DNA from: Candidatus Argoarchaeum ethanivorans
Lineage (GTDB): Archaea > Halobacteriota > Methanosarcinia > Methanosarcinales > EX4572-44
DNA: 64,000 nt
Assembly: GCA_004193545.1 (NCBI GenBank)
Contig: RPGO01000030.1
Coordinates: 4,790 to 68,789, forward strand
Reading direction: 5' to 3'
The position numbers and the translations under genes are program-made. The notes beneath the pieces are model-generated. The model saw only the letters and a list, made by a program, of their open reading frames with translations. It was not told where the DNA came from and searched no databases. Shown here one piece after another: positions 42,101 to 50,288 of this stretch. How positions within the stretch are numbered: position 1 is the first letter of the stretch; each line of letters opens with the position of its first letter.

Positions 42101-42562
42101 GATAAACATTCGCTTGAACCAGTTGAATATTTTTGTTGACAAGCTTGTGGTTTCCGGATAACCGGTCAGGTCTATATCCTGCCATGGTGCACCAGTGGTA
42201 TCATAGTTATCAAGATAGTGCCAGCTGTGTGTGCCTTTCTCAGCGTTCCAGCTGTACCCACCGCTTTTTTTTGTTGTACTATCTCTTATCCATGATTGTG
42301 GTGAAAGGCCGCTTACTGGTGTAGTGTTTTCCATAATACTTACTAATACCAGATTTTTCTGCTGCATTCCAATTTCAGTATCCCACCAGTTCCAGCCAGT
42401 GGTATCACCATTTGAGAGATATCCAAGTTGATAAGGTGTCTGCCCGTAGCCAAGTGTCACTGTATACGTTTCCGCCTTAACAATAACTGTACAAGCACTG
42501 AACACTAAAACAAGAAAACTGATGATTAATAATAGTGTTCGTCCAGTGCAAGCGTTTTTCAT
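36125..42562 (-). CDS. Giant membrane-anchored multiheme cytochrome c with S-layer (DUF1608-like) and beta-sandwich domains
   Basis: Signal peptide; 35 CxxCH plus CX4CH and CX3CH (hand count); Methanosarcinales S-layer-like segments at ~38290-38985 (GESLNL..GYIL...LRLYKNETLVDD.II.EG.YFTYE); C-terminal TM followed by RRFR. Confidence 0.92.
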   Translation of the reverse strand: MKNACTGRTLLLIISFLVLVFSACTVIVKAETYTVTLGYGQTPYQLGYLSNGDTTGWNWWDTEIGMQQKNLVLVSIMENTTPVSGLSPQSWIRDSTTKKSGGYSWNAEKGTHSWHYLDNYDTTGAPWQDIDLTGYPETTSLSTKIFNWFKRMFIGAETSSDQTINLTFWNQYRMMDSGGFVKVSVDMGATWDTLAEYSGNSSGWTQESINLTQYSGQKVFVAFHFISNNNNNNGEWWIDDITVETSDGNIIFSNGAETRAPKLTATIYYPHYDYAGDHFSTKSETIELSENYIHQIYYGTFTYPNDAYAGRYTIEFSTTIGSEDLSASTSFNTTLWGCQARGCHDSWSPQSDLSVRNPVTAMHPDNITSNIKGSCLTMCHSTYSSQFLRATPIHLHDIKYGHEGGFIYGESGWVTIFNNSNTNVQLYRKSSVGRKIPQTKFNIPSHVTDADCTQCHTSFIHSQSGKDTYDIAVPHSLNGSYLGRSGVHYNVSCEACHGIYYKSEGHGLIYPQFDGVTTLNDTIGDYEPEFMSYEAVTKTYIIDVNSGTINVTVDGDDPLYEIFLTLVGPVDDVNGLQDLNTGDKWQGTYTVPSVNGTAVFAEGSKICYPVGDKLHTTSFNAVPKSGTWIAKIFSRSPGMFNYTITSNHSIQSKPIIHIPWNCSECHNPGASGDLSGAKTSKPIPSWDNNGLSHTHADTNDDGMDDVTCRLCHNSFHDISIRNCTDCHTQRPGGHAVADYYEMEYTGCMLCHNDPHVEPEAAAGGDCTDCHLEGGANVTSGIPIINKTGFFGSIHRNITGQFSQTNYTSISRVCWGCHVNYTQQLIDSSHTKRVTDLPACEDCHDTGTPLNSEYLNQTPLQVREHQPNGEDIQTDSNCTICHNKSLTIAPPTENVKYPRAKNYISHYGRQRTDMWVVENNQVITNCSYCHTGGGREFYCVFVDPSNADITHGTNCTSCHGSGRIHDKSLEVPIMSKDNEACLVCHSNKTEFEGAEFRTSAHANIFCVDCHTPRQVFKDIIVNRESYTYNFSMVSNITCLNATLDWNGSSILNLTLYAPDTNYTGTRINISSPQLGNWTAIVCDVSGDTEFTLTIDVDMKHGEEYKAKICEECHISGFADTPIVYKHIPDQSSVPTNASCALCHAQGAHHATTIEISASHYLKKESLETRDCIRCHTGIVDGWGNAPDQGDHVHYTTINKTLVANQQWKLVDNYSLTLIETTRDAAIFKFEKDEEILREELIVKGDVFKYEVCGIAPGKTTIVNLTVNRLFTAKDRYVAELSGTILASRIHRETENKACWGCHDSQYRANAPEGTDYYVLKKDIENVTLARMPVNLTDNETIMLDIGESLNLTCGYILYVADVNIKRGGAKLRLYKNETLVDDVIINEGCYFTYEERLLDRKIDVIRVKLDRVFIGAAPSIVLSNIRVIAGKQKTLSATTQVLQSGIPLKYLPLDSYITVGEKPETFHVYTLTPGGYSSDCISCHSGDGVAPIKIDIDQFKRGVHAGLNKDADYFSFITDDANKACWACHGNGSSGEPVRHPTPYFGNCTPQTCIHCHGHSKFGAKQVYTHYQGAEISTTSACWDCHSNMLLEDKHTQASASHYSTREDLLNTSDCSVCHNNETNAPEWGSAPQVIKHNSNNTCTRCHAGEGLTNFHKPGITITRECKDCHVNKERCEELNLTVIRTHYPGAPEDSADTLKNYNYTCEMCHNATNTTLHESLEVVRGNQTMGYCFQCHSIEGEFSHKPEAQIKIFRHGRGIKVKSGCEACHDPKGVSIFHAPSMVGKTGIIGARNFALDCIECHEEHEGREYQPFEGIRCIDCHTEYGASHYSTAEIEIVNRTETCGLCHNPEADLYHNLTHIEANVSEEALRPCYVCHGEEIDLFNETQQKAVGITRGTMATIGNVSDEPLRTCSSCHNATGESRFHFDTYSRGTVQNPDWKDWTPGNITGCKDCHTYHGGCSPFNATNMGTEGRSPKGTAHGFAPNCTICHGGEDPISFHSLAATEFLPRVVVTLEPNTVAIGEVSVLRVTVVLPPLMKIVRAEYFIDILGIKGKGKHLKYIIGENGESSAVVGDTINTSMMSYGEHFIFVRVKDSAGHWSKTGIGVLKVVKPRKLVITEFILKICIPAVIIIFGLLYFAWRRFR

Positions 42563-43617
42563 CTTTTCCCACGTCTCAATTTGCTACCTACAATGTACGA
42601 TGCGACAAGCAAAATACCTGTTAGTACCAGATAGTCAGGTGAATATGCAGGCATCCATTTTAGATTGTATTTTATATTAATCATTTGTAAGACTAATAAT
42701 AATCCAAAAACGAGTGAACTTATAATTAAAGATGTCGAAATTGAGTGACGCTTTCGAGTAAACTTTTCTTTTAGTATCGTCAGGTGTGCTATTCCTTTAT
42801 TTTCTTTTGGAATTTTATTTGTCAGTTTATTTAAATCAAATGGTAAGCATCCCTCGATAATATACTTGCTCCATGTAAAATATGCAGTTGCATACACTAC
42901 AAGCCCAAGGGTCATGCTGCCTATGAGTGTTCCGCCCCCATAGACTACCTCAAATAGAATCGTTGTGATTGGGATAGTCAGTATCGGGATAAATGCCCAA
43001 ACCCATGCAGATGACCGCTGCCAGAGGTTGTAATCGTATGTGATTTCAAGCCACCAGACGATGTACAGCATTGTTATCAAGTACGGTGTGTAAGCACGTG
43101 TAAAACTCAAAAGGAATAAAAATACTGCAAGAGTGGCATTGATTAACAAAACCAATCGAAGAAAACGCGATACTTCCGAAGCAATATCAATGCCGTAGGC
43201 TGATCCGTCCCCTTGAATTGTGAGAGTTACAGAACGCTTTCCGAGTCGATCGATATTGGTATTCATACTGTTCATCCGCTCTTCAATTTTATCAATCATC
43301 ACCTGGGTGCCTGCAATTTCTTTGAGGATTGGTTCAAGTCGTGTATAGATTCCATTTTCAAACCCAACATCAATCAGTTGCTCAAGTGCGATTGTTTTTC
43401 TTACAAGATTGATCCCACCACACAATGTAGCCACTCCAAGCAGTATGATTGTTAGATTTATAATAACCTCTCTTTGCTCAAACTCTTCTCCAGACAACAG
43501 ATCAATTACTGGCTGATAGGACAGGTATACAAGGTAAATTCCAGCAATAACTATGCAGATAGCACCAAATTTTCCAAATAGTGAAATACCAGTTTTTCCG
43601 CTCATTTCAATCAACAA
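42559..43617 (-). CDS. Polytopic membrane protein with a coiled-coil segment
   Basis: About 8 hydrophobic segments. Overlaps the downstream MHC start by 4 bp. Confidence 0.75.
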   Translation of the reverse strand: MLIEMSGKTGISLFGKFGAICIVIAGIYLVYLSYQPVIDLLSGEEFEQREVIINLTIILLGVATLCGGINLVRKTIALEQLIDVGFENGIYTRLEPILKEIAGTQVMIDKIEERMNSMNTNIDRLGKRSVTLTIQGDGSAYGIDIASEVSRFLRLVLLINATLAVFLFLLSFTRAYTPYLITMLYIVWWLEITYDYNLWQRSSAWVWAFIPILTIPITTILFEVVYGGGTLIGSMTLGLVVYATAYFTWSKYIIEGCLPFDLNKLTNKIPKENKGIAHLTILKEKFTRKRHSISTSLIISSLVFGLLLVLQMINIKYNLKWMPAYSPDYLVLTGILLVASYIVGSKLRRGKR

Positions 43618-43632
43618 CGATTATATAATTAT

Positions 43633-44406
43633 TTAGTGTTTGCTGCTTGCAGCTAAGAAAATGTAGAGCAGTATGCAGATTATAAATATTGTAAATCCAA
43701 GTTTTTTGACATTTTTAAGAATCTGGCTTACTCTGTGCATTTCAGACCCATATTTTGTAATCTGTACCTTATCTGAATCAAATAGCAGATATTCACCAAT
43801 ATTCTTAACTATTATTGGTTCACCCTTGAATAATATGGCTTCTCCCTGTATTGTCTCTTTTTTCAGTGTCCAGTCATCAGGAAATGCTACTGCATCACCC
43901 TTTGTTTTGATGACATCCCCTGATACAGAGTGTACCCGATGAATGACCGGCATCCTCGCTTTTTTTGTGTTAAACATGACAATGTCACCCTGCTGTGGGT
44001 TGACATGCAGGTTCTGTATGAGAACTAGGTCCTTTACCTCAAGAGCAGGCGACATGCTGCCTGAAGTTACGATAGCAAGAAATACGTAGTGGTTAAGGAC
44101 GATGTATGCTATAACGATCGTGATTAACAGTGGAATAAGCACCGGTAAAACTCTCTGTCTTTTTGATAACTCCCCATAGTGTCCCATCCTGCTTTCGACA
44201 GATTTTTTCTGATTTTGGTAAGTGATTTTTTTTATTAAAGTACTGATAACATTTGGAAAAAATGTTGAATTTCTTACATGTATATTACGTAAGATTATAA
44301 AAAAGATTAATGTGGCTAAAAACAGGATTAATAAAACTTGATTAATATATAAGAGATAAAAAAATGAAGATAATAATATACCAATCGAATCTTCTACAAA
44401 CGACAT
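43633..44406 (-). CDS. Signal peptidase I, S26 family (Sec11/SipW type)
   Basis: SGSMSP (catalytic Ser), GDIV.F, IHRV (His), KTKGD; TM segments at both ends. Confidence 0.88.
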   Translation of the reverse strand: MSFVEDSIGILLSSFFYLLYINQVLLILFLATLIFFIILRNIHVRNSTFFPNVISTLIKKITYQNQKKSVESRMGHYGELSKRQRVLPVLIPLLITIVIAYIVLNHYVFLAIVTSGSMSPALEVKDLVLIQNLHVNPQQGDIVMFNTKKARMPVIHRVHSVSGDVIKTKGDAVAFPDDWTLKKETIQGEAILFKGEPIIVKNIGEYLLFDSDKVQITKYGSEMHRVSQILKNVKKLGFTIFIICILLYIFLAASSKH

Positions 44407-44477
44407 GGTTTATTATATAAAAATATCAAATATTTAAAAATTAAAAAAATTAAAGATGATCAATATCAATGATCATC

Positions 44478-45149
44478 TTAATCCATCACAAGTGTTGTAT
44501 TCGTGGTGACACCAATATCCCATGTCTCAGTCGTTGTGTTTATACTTGCATTGATATCAAGCCCGCCGAACTTGTACCATGTGATATTGATATTGGTCAT
44601 AGTATGGCATCCGATACATGCGGAACTGTCGGTTGCAGCACCTTCGGATTGATTGTAGAAATCACTGTGTGCAGAACTAGAACTTCTTAACTGTACTGTT
44701 GCATTGTAATGACAGTCTCCACAATCTACCTTTATTGCGGCATGGGGGGTGGCCTGACTTCGCCATGTTCCATTGAAAGCAGTTGAGTAACTTGTATTGC
44801 TCAAACCTTCTTGTGTGAAATCCTCAAAGTTATAGCCTGTCAACGATGTAATATTCAAGCCATAATCAGTCTCAAGTATTGTTTCATTAATCTGATGACA
44901 GATACTGCACCCTGAAGTGCCTGAGTAATTCACAGCAAAAGTTGCATGTGCACCACCACGAGCTAAATTTGCATTCCACTCATCAACCTCTGGCTGATGA
45001 CACTTTGCACATAAATCTACCATATCATCCGGGTTCTTAACACTATACCATGTGTGCTGCCCTACAAACATTGACATGGTTGAAGGCAGTACAAAAAGTC
45101 CAATAGCTAAAATGCTACAAGACAACAACAATATATATTTACCTTTCAT
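44478..45149 (-). CDS. Secreted tetraheme cytochrome c, candidate extracellular cytochrome nanowire (ECN) major subunit
   Basis: Signal peptide then SMFVGQHTWY; CAKCH, CSICH, CGDCH, CIGCH; beta-rich C-tail; strong GAGGTGA RBS. ECN resemblance is from recall, not from a search. Confidence 0.8.
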   Translation of the reverse strand: MKGKYILLLSCSILAIGLFVLPSTMSMFVGQHTWYSVKNPDDMVDLCAKCHQPEVDEWNANLARGGAHATFAVNYSGTSGCSICHQINETILETDYGLNITSLTGYNFEDFTQEGLSNTSYSTAFNGTWRSQATPHAAIKVDCGDCHYNATVQLRSSSSAHSDFYNQSEGAATDSSACIGCHTMTNINITWYKFGGLDINASINTTTETWDIGVTTNTTLVMD

Positions 45150-45265
45150 TTTTTTATCACCTCTTAATTAGTTTACTGACAATCAATACTACTACTCATA
45201 ATCACATAAATATCTTTCTTTTTTTTAATAGTTACGCAACTTTTCCATCTTTCTAAAGCAATATC

Positions 45266-45399
45266 GAGGCTGTCAACTTGTTGGGTGTTATACCAGAACC
45301 CTAATTTCTTTCATGCGTTCAAACCCAGAACAGTAGACATTATACCTGAATACACAAGCAAGTCGAAACAATGCCAACACCCAACAACTTTACAACCAC
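45266..45399. mobile_element. MITE with 8-bp target duplication GCAATATC
   Basis: Ends GAGGCTGTCAACTTGTTGGGTGTT / AACACCCAACAACTTTACAACCAC; GCAATATC at 45258-45265 and 45400-45407. Confidence 0.85.
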
Positions 45400-45407
45400 G
45401 CAATATC

Positions 45408-46965
45408 GGGGTTGTAAACTCTCCGGGTGTTGGCGCTCATTATAGAAAGATCCATGCTGAAACACCTGTATCTTCTTTTTAAATCTGATTTTGTCTTATA
45501 ATTCAAGTTTCTATCCAAAAATAAATCGAAAAATCTATGCATAAGGAAAACAGAGTATGTACAATGAGTGTTACAATGTTATCTACTTTGAAAACAAACA
45601 TCTCGCAGATTCAGCTTCTCTTGTCTGATTTTTCCAACGGTACCCCGGAACCATAGAAGATCATAGCAGAGCGATTTTCGATGGATAATAAACCGTATCA
45701 TGTGAACAAGGGATTGATTCTCCTGGCAGATAACCATTTTGAACTTGTTAACCCAATTTGTCCTATTTGTGGTTCTTATTGTGTGATTCGGCAGGAATTT
45801 CAGGAGCGAAATCCGATACTGGGTGAGTTTGGATCTTGTGAGATTTATATGAGGCGTTATTTGTGTAAAAAATGCCACAGAAAGTTTGTAACACAGTTAA
45901 ACCTGGTTGTATAGCCGAATCATCGATATGCATCGATATTCAAGGAGAAAATAGATGGTTTAGTCAAAACAGGCTACCGTTCCTTGCGAAAACTGGGTGA
46001 GGATCTCCATACGTTCTTCGGAATCTCGCCCTCTCACCAATCGATAACCTTCACACCAATCGATAAAGAACTGGCTAAGAATCGGGGATGAAAAGAGAAT
46101 CAATAACCATATACCAGATTATTCTGGATATTACTGCTATGATGAGCAATATATCAAGATTGATGGTAGAAAAAGCTATCGTCTGACATTATTTGACGCT
46201 TTATTGAATATCCCAATCGCTGAAGAGATAGCCAAGAAAATAGATTACACGACAGTTTACAACTTTTTAAAATCAGTACTTGCAGATAAACCGCTTATTA
46301 CAATAACAACGGATCACAAGAGGATGTACAATAGCATAATCGAGAAACTGGGAGCTTTACATCAATTATGCATATTCCACCTATTCAAAATGATAGGAAA
46401 GGAAATGATAGGAGAAGATGTATACGACCGTTTAAAGTCCAAAACTATCCCATATCGAGATAAAATCAAATTATGCATATACTTCACTAAAATCAAGGAA
46501 ATATTCAGGACATACGACCTTAATGTTGCAATAAATAGATTAAATAAATTATTAGATAAATATGACGATATTTCACGCGTTTTACAAAAGTGGATACGAA
46601 AAAAGATCATCCCTGACTTTGAACGACTTAATATCTTCATGAGAGATGGGTCAATCCCCAAAACGAATAATCAAGTTGAAAATTACTACCGACAGACCGA
46701 TCCCAACCAAATAAAAAGGAAATACAAGACATATCAAGGAATACTCGCCTTTCTAACAAGAAAAATGGAATACTGGACATCAAAACATGGGAAGATACAA
46801 CACCCAACAAGTTGACAGCCCAAAATTACTACCGACAGACCGATCCCAACCAAATAAAAAGGAAATACAAGACATATCAAGGAATACTCGCCTTTCTAAC
46901 AAGAAAAATGGAATACTGGACATCAAAACATGGGAAGATACAACACCCGGAGAGTTTACAGCCCC
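45408..46965 (+). mobile_element. Degraded DDE IS (ISNCY/ISM1-like) with a fragmented transposase
   Basis: TIRs GGGGTTGTAAACTCTCCGGGTGTTG / CAACACCCGGAGAGTTTACAGCCCC. Zn-ribbon CPICG..CKKC, YCYDEQY, TTD, HQLCIFH, TNNQVE. Contains a stop, frameshifts and a ~120-bp 3' duplication. Confidence 0.8.
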
Positions 46966-46972
46966 GATATTG

Positions 46973-47107
46973 GTGGTTGTAAAGTTGTTGGGTGTTGGCA
47001 TTGTTTCGACTTGGTTGTATAGTTCAGGTATAATGTCTACTGTTCTGGGTTTAAACGCATGAAAGAAATTAGAGTTCTGGTATAACACCCAATAAGTTGA
47101 CAGCCCC
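46973..47107. mobile_element. Second MITE copy, inverted relative to 45266-45399
   Basis: Reverse-complement match to 45266-45399; followed by GCAATATC at 47108-47115. Confidence 0.85.
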
Positions 47108-47115
47108 GCAATATC

Positions 47116-48503
47116 TGCTTTGTTGAATAAATAGTCCCTTTTTGACTCTCCTAAGAATTTTCTTCTATCCTACGCCCAATTTAATAGCATGTTATAAAAT
47201 GTAAACTTCATAATAACTTCTTTGAACATACCAGAGTTACTACTCGCTCGTACCGATTCACCAAAGATTCGTTTTACAGAAGAGTAGGTGCCCTCAACTA
47301 CCCATCGCATTCCGTAATCATATTTCTTTTTCCATTCATCGTAGCCAAGTTTCTTTCGTTCTCGTACACATTTCGCCCTATAAGGTGAACCCTTTGCTTT
47401 GGTACTTGCATCTTTTCTCGTTTTGATCCCTGATTCTATGCCCTTTTTATGCAAGAAACTGAAGTTGCCTTTAGTATCGTAGGCCCCATCACCTAAAGCC
47501 CGCTTTATTTTATCATAACCTATGGTTTCTTCAGATACTTCAATTAAATCTTCAAATTTATCCCCGTCACTGGTCTGTTCGTCAGTGACCTCTATAGCAA
47601 CAATTTCCTTTGTGTTTACATTAACCGCTATATGAGCCTTAATCCAACCTCTATGGATTCTCCATTTTTCTCGCATCCATTCTCCTCTGTTTGTAACCTT
47701 TACTCCAGAACTATCTACTGCAATGATAATATCTTCGTCCTTATTCTTTATCGTATCACTAAGCTCCAGCTCCAATTTTTCAATCCGTTTGAATAACGTC
47801 GTATAATCTGCGGCGCTCTAGCTTTGGGATCATTTCGGATAATTTACGACTGAATCATTCCATATGTCGATAAGGCATGGCAAATATAATATGAATAAAT
47901 GCCATCCACAATATGAACTGTTTAGGATACTGGAAGGGTGCTCCACGTTTGTTTTTATTCATTTTTGCTATCTCAAGATCCCAGTTCTCGACGAATTCTA
48001 AAGAAAGATACAATTCACCTCTTTGAACCAATCTTTCATTGTATTCCTTCCAGTTTCTGTTATCTTTGTATTTCTTGCCCCATCTTTTCTTTTCCCATCG
48101 TTTTGACATAGTGCATCATAACTGAATAGTTATTCAGTTATATATTTATATCTGTTAAATGCATACGGGAGCCACATGAAAACTGCTACTCTCATTATTT
48201 TTCATCTGCATAGAAAAGATAAAAAAATTGAAATGAGTAATGCATGCAAATTATATCGGGAATTGTATGGATATAATAATTATTCATTCTATGGAAAGTA
48301 CCGTAGTAGAATTGATGGGTTAATTGACAAAATCAATGGTATTCGAATTGTAAGGAGTGTAGTAATCGTTAGAAATGAAGATGCAAAATCAGTAATGGAT
48401 CTCCTGTTAAAATACCAAGCCGAAATAATCACAAAAAAAGTGATTTTAGATCAGAATGATATTAGACAACTGCGAATCGACTAAAGAATTATTCAACACA
48501 GCA
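47116..48503 (-). mobile_element. IS5-family (IS903-like) element with a frameshifted transposase and a divergent passenger ORF
   Basis: TIRs TGCTTTGTTGAATAA / TTATTCAACACAGCA; TSD GCAATATC (47108-47115, 48504-48511). ORFs 47855-48109 (NWKEYN..L.QRG) and 47170-47775 (VDSSG, W.K.H, GDGAYD, YGMRWVVE). Confidence 0.9.
48176..48484 (+). CDS. Small basic protein carried inside the IS5 element
   Basis: Intact 102-aa ORF that ends just before the right TIR. Confidence 0.7.
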   Translation: MKTATLIIFHLHRKDKKIEMSNACKLYRELYGYNNYSFYGKYRSRIDGLIDKINGIRIVRSVVIVRNEDAKSVMDLLLKYQAEIITKKVILDQNDIRQLRID

Positions 48504-48561
48504 GCAATATCAAAACACTTAAATACAACATTTTTCCTATAACTATCAAGGTGAAATAGCT

Positions 48562-49134
48562 ATGATTTTAGAAAAAAAAGGTCCAATTATATGTACAGTG
48601 CTCATTATTGCAGCAATGATGATATTAGGTATGGGTTGTACGGATATAGATTCAAAAACACCGGTTGAAAAACCTCTGGAAACTCCTGTTAAAACAGCTC
48701 CGGAAACTCCTGTTAAAACAACACCAGTACCAACACCAAAGCCTACTCCAAAACCAACAACGGTTGTCGCAGCTCCTCAGCCAATAAAATGTGATTTGTG
48801 TCATGTCGATTCAGGAACGTTGTTACCACATAAAGAAGGTGGTAAATACTGCTTCAAATGTCACGGCAGTGATGTGCACCCTATACACATTGGAACTGGC
48901 ACTGTAAATCTTAAGTGTGAAAGTTGTCATGGCCCAGCAACAGATCTCAGCATACCAAAAGCAGAAGCCGGGCATGTAACATGTGAAAAGTGTCATGCAG
49001 CACCTCCAGATTCATTCCAGCCATCCAATGGAGACATAGTAGAAATACATCTTTCACGAAATGTGTATTGTACCAAATGTCATGGTTCAGATGTGTATAA
49101 GCTCCACGAGACAGTTTTAGGGACATCGAAATAA
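48562..49134 (+). CDS. Pentaheme cytochrome c lipoprotein
   Basis: Lipobox LGMGC, Pro/Thr/Lys linker, then CDLCH, CFKCH, CESCH, CEKCH, CTKCH; AGGTGA RBS. Confidence 0.9.
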   Translation: MILEKKGPIICTVLIIAAMMILGMGCTDIDSKTPVEKPLETPVKTAPETPVKTTPVPTPKPTPKPTTVVAAPQPIKCDLCHVDSGTLLPHKEGGKYCFKCHGSDVHPIHIGTGTVNLKCESCHGPATDLSIPKAEAGHVTCEKCHAAPPDSFQPSNGDIVEIHLSRNVYCTKCHGSDVYKLHETVLGTSK

Positions 49135-49205
49135 GTCAGGTCGTATCTGAAAAATTATGAAGTCCGGTAAACGTAAAACAACATGAGCGTTTACTGGAGT
49201 TCAAG

Positions 49206-50288
49206 CTATAGAGCAAACTTCTTAAGTTGTTCATACCTGTCGTTGATGATTTCTTTAAACTCTCTTGGATGTGCCTTAATTCGGAGAGCAAGTTCAGTAT
49301 CACCAAGGTACTCTATCCATCTCACTACCCACTTGACATCTTCTTCTTTGATACTGTCAAGATGTTCTATCAGTCCTTTTAACCCTTTGCAGACTTTATT
49401 TGGAAGATGATACCCCTCTACTCCTTCCCCAAGTATTATCCTTCGTGCAACTCTGCATCGACTGGCTGCTTCATCTGGCGTTAACATATTCTTGTGTTCG
49501 TTTGTGCCTTCGAGATGGTATATATTCTCTATGCTTTTTGCTGCACTGCTTGCTAAATTTAGTAAAGTATTATTGTCCAGTTCGGTTAATTTATGGGGCA
49601 GTTCATAGTAGCATTCGACAGCACCAATGACCATATTTTTTCCAATGAGTGGTATTGCAACAGCAGATAATGGCTCTATTCCGTTTTTAATCTTTGGAGT
49701 AGGATACTTTTTCATATCTTCTGGTGTTATTGAGGTTTTAATCGATGCATCAGATATGGCATCCCATGCAAGAGTGTTGTGCATGGCAGTTTCTTTGGGC
49801 ATAGTGCCTATCACGATGTTCTCTGTATGTGTATGTTTCAGGTGTGAGTTTTTTAATAGATAAATTAATATGGAATCGCTTCCAGTAGTTTTTTGTATTA
49901 AACTTGAAATTATTTCAAGAGTTTTATCGAGGTTTAAACATGCTGTCAGTGCATCCCCTGTCTGTGTTATTGCCTCGTGCAGCTGACTGCCGGTTCTCTC
50001 CCACAGCTCAAAGTATTCTTTATAGAGGAGGCTGAAGTTCATAATGAATTCAAGAAGGAAAATAGAGGATTTTGAGATGATAAGCGGAATTTCATTGAAT
50101 GGCACCTTATTAATCAGTTTTCCAATACCATCTATATGGACAGCAGCTATTTCTTCAAGTCCAACTCTTTCATTTATACTCTCTCTGCTGAATTCATAGG
50201 CTTTGTAGAGTGCTGCTTCATCATCTCCCCCGAATAGATAGTCATTAAGAAGTGTTATATATGTCTCTTTCAGTTCTTCAGGATTCAT
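49206..50288 (-). CDS. RsbU N-terminal-like + GAF + DUF5752-like domain protein
   Basis: Y..LLNDYL....E..LYKAYEFSR..I...V..EEI...H (RsbU_N-like); GAF segment (SAVAIPL..K..VIG); C-terminal W.RWIEYLGD.ELA.RI. No PP2C motifs. Confidence 0.7.
   Translation of the reverse strand: MNPEELKETYITLLNDYLFGGDDEAALYKAYEFSRESINERVGLEEIAAVHIDGIGKLINKVPFNEIPLIISKSSIFLLEFIMNFSLLYKEYFELWERTGSQLHEAITQTGDALTACLNLDKTLEIISSLIQKTTGSDSILIYLLKNSHLKHTHTENIVIGTMPKETAMHNTLAWDAISDASIKTSITPEDMKKYPTPKIKNGIEPLSAVAIPLIGKNMVIGAVECYYELPHKLTELDNNTLLNLASSAAKSIENIYHLEGTNEHKNMLTPDEAASRCRVARRIILGEGVEGYHLPNKVCKGLKGLIEHLDSIKEEDVKWVVRWIEYLGDTELALRIKAHPREFKEIINDRYEQLKKFAL

Noticed and set aside
26031-42431. Numerous short antisense or alternate-frame ORFs within the giant MHC genes and ccmF
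   Set aside because: Shadow ORFs with no motifs, fully nested in well-supported genes.
45285-47088. Similar small ORFs MLYQNPNFF / MLYQNSNFF as a paralogous gene pair
   Set aside because: They are translations of the two inverted MITE copies.
48670-48760. ETPVKT / PTPK repeats as a functional tandem array
   Set aside because: Ordinary low-complexity linker of a lipoprotein.
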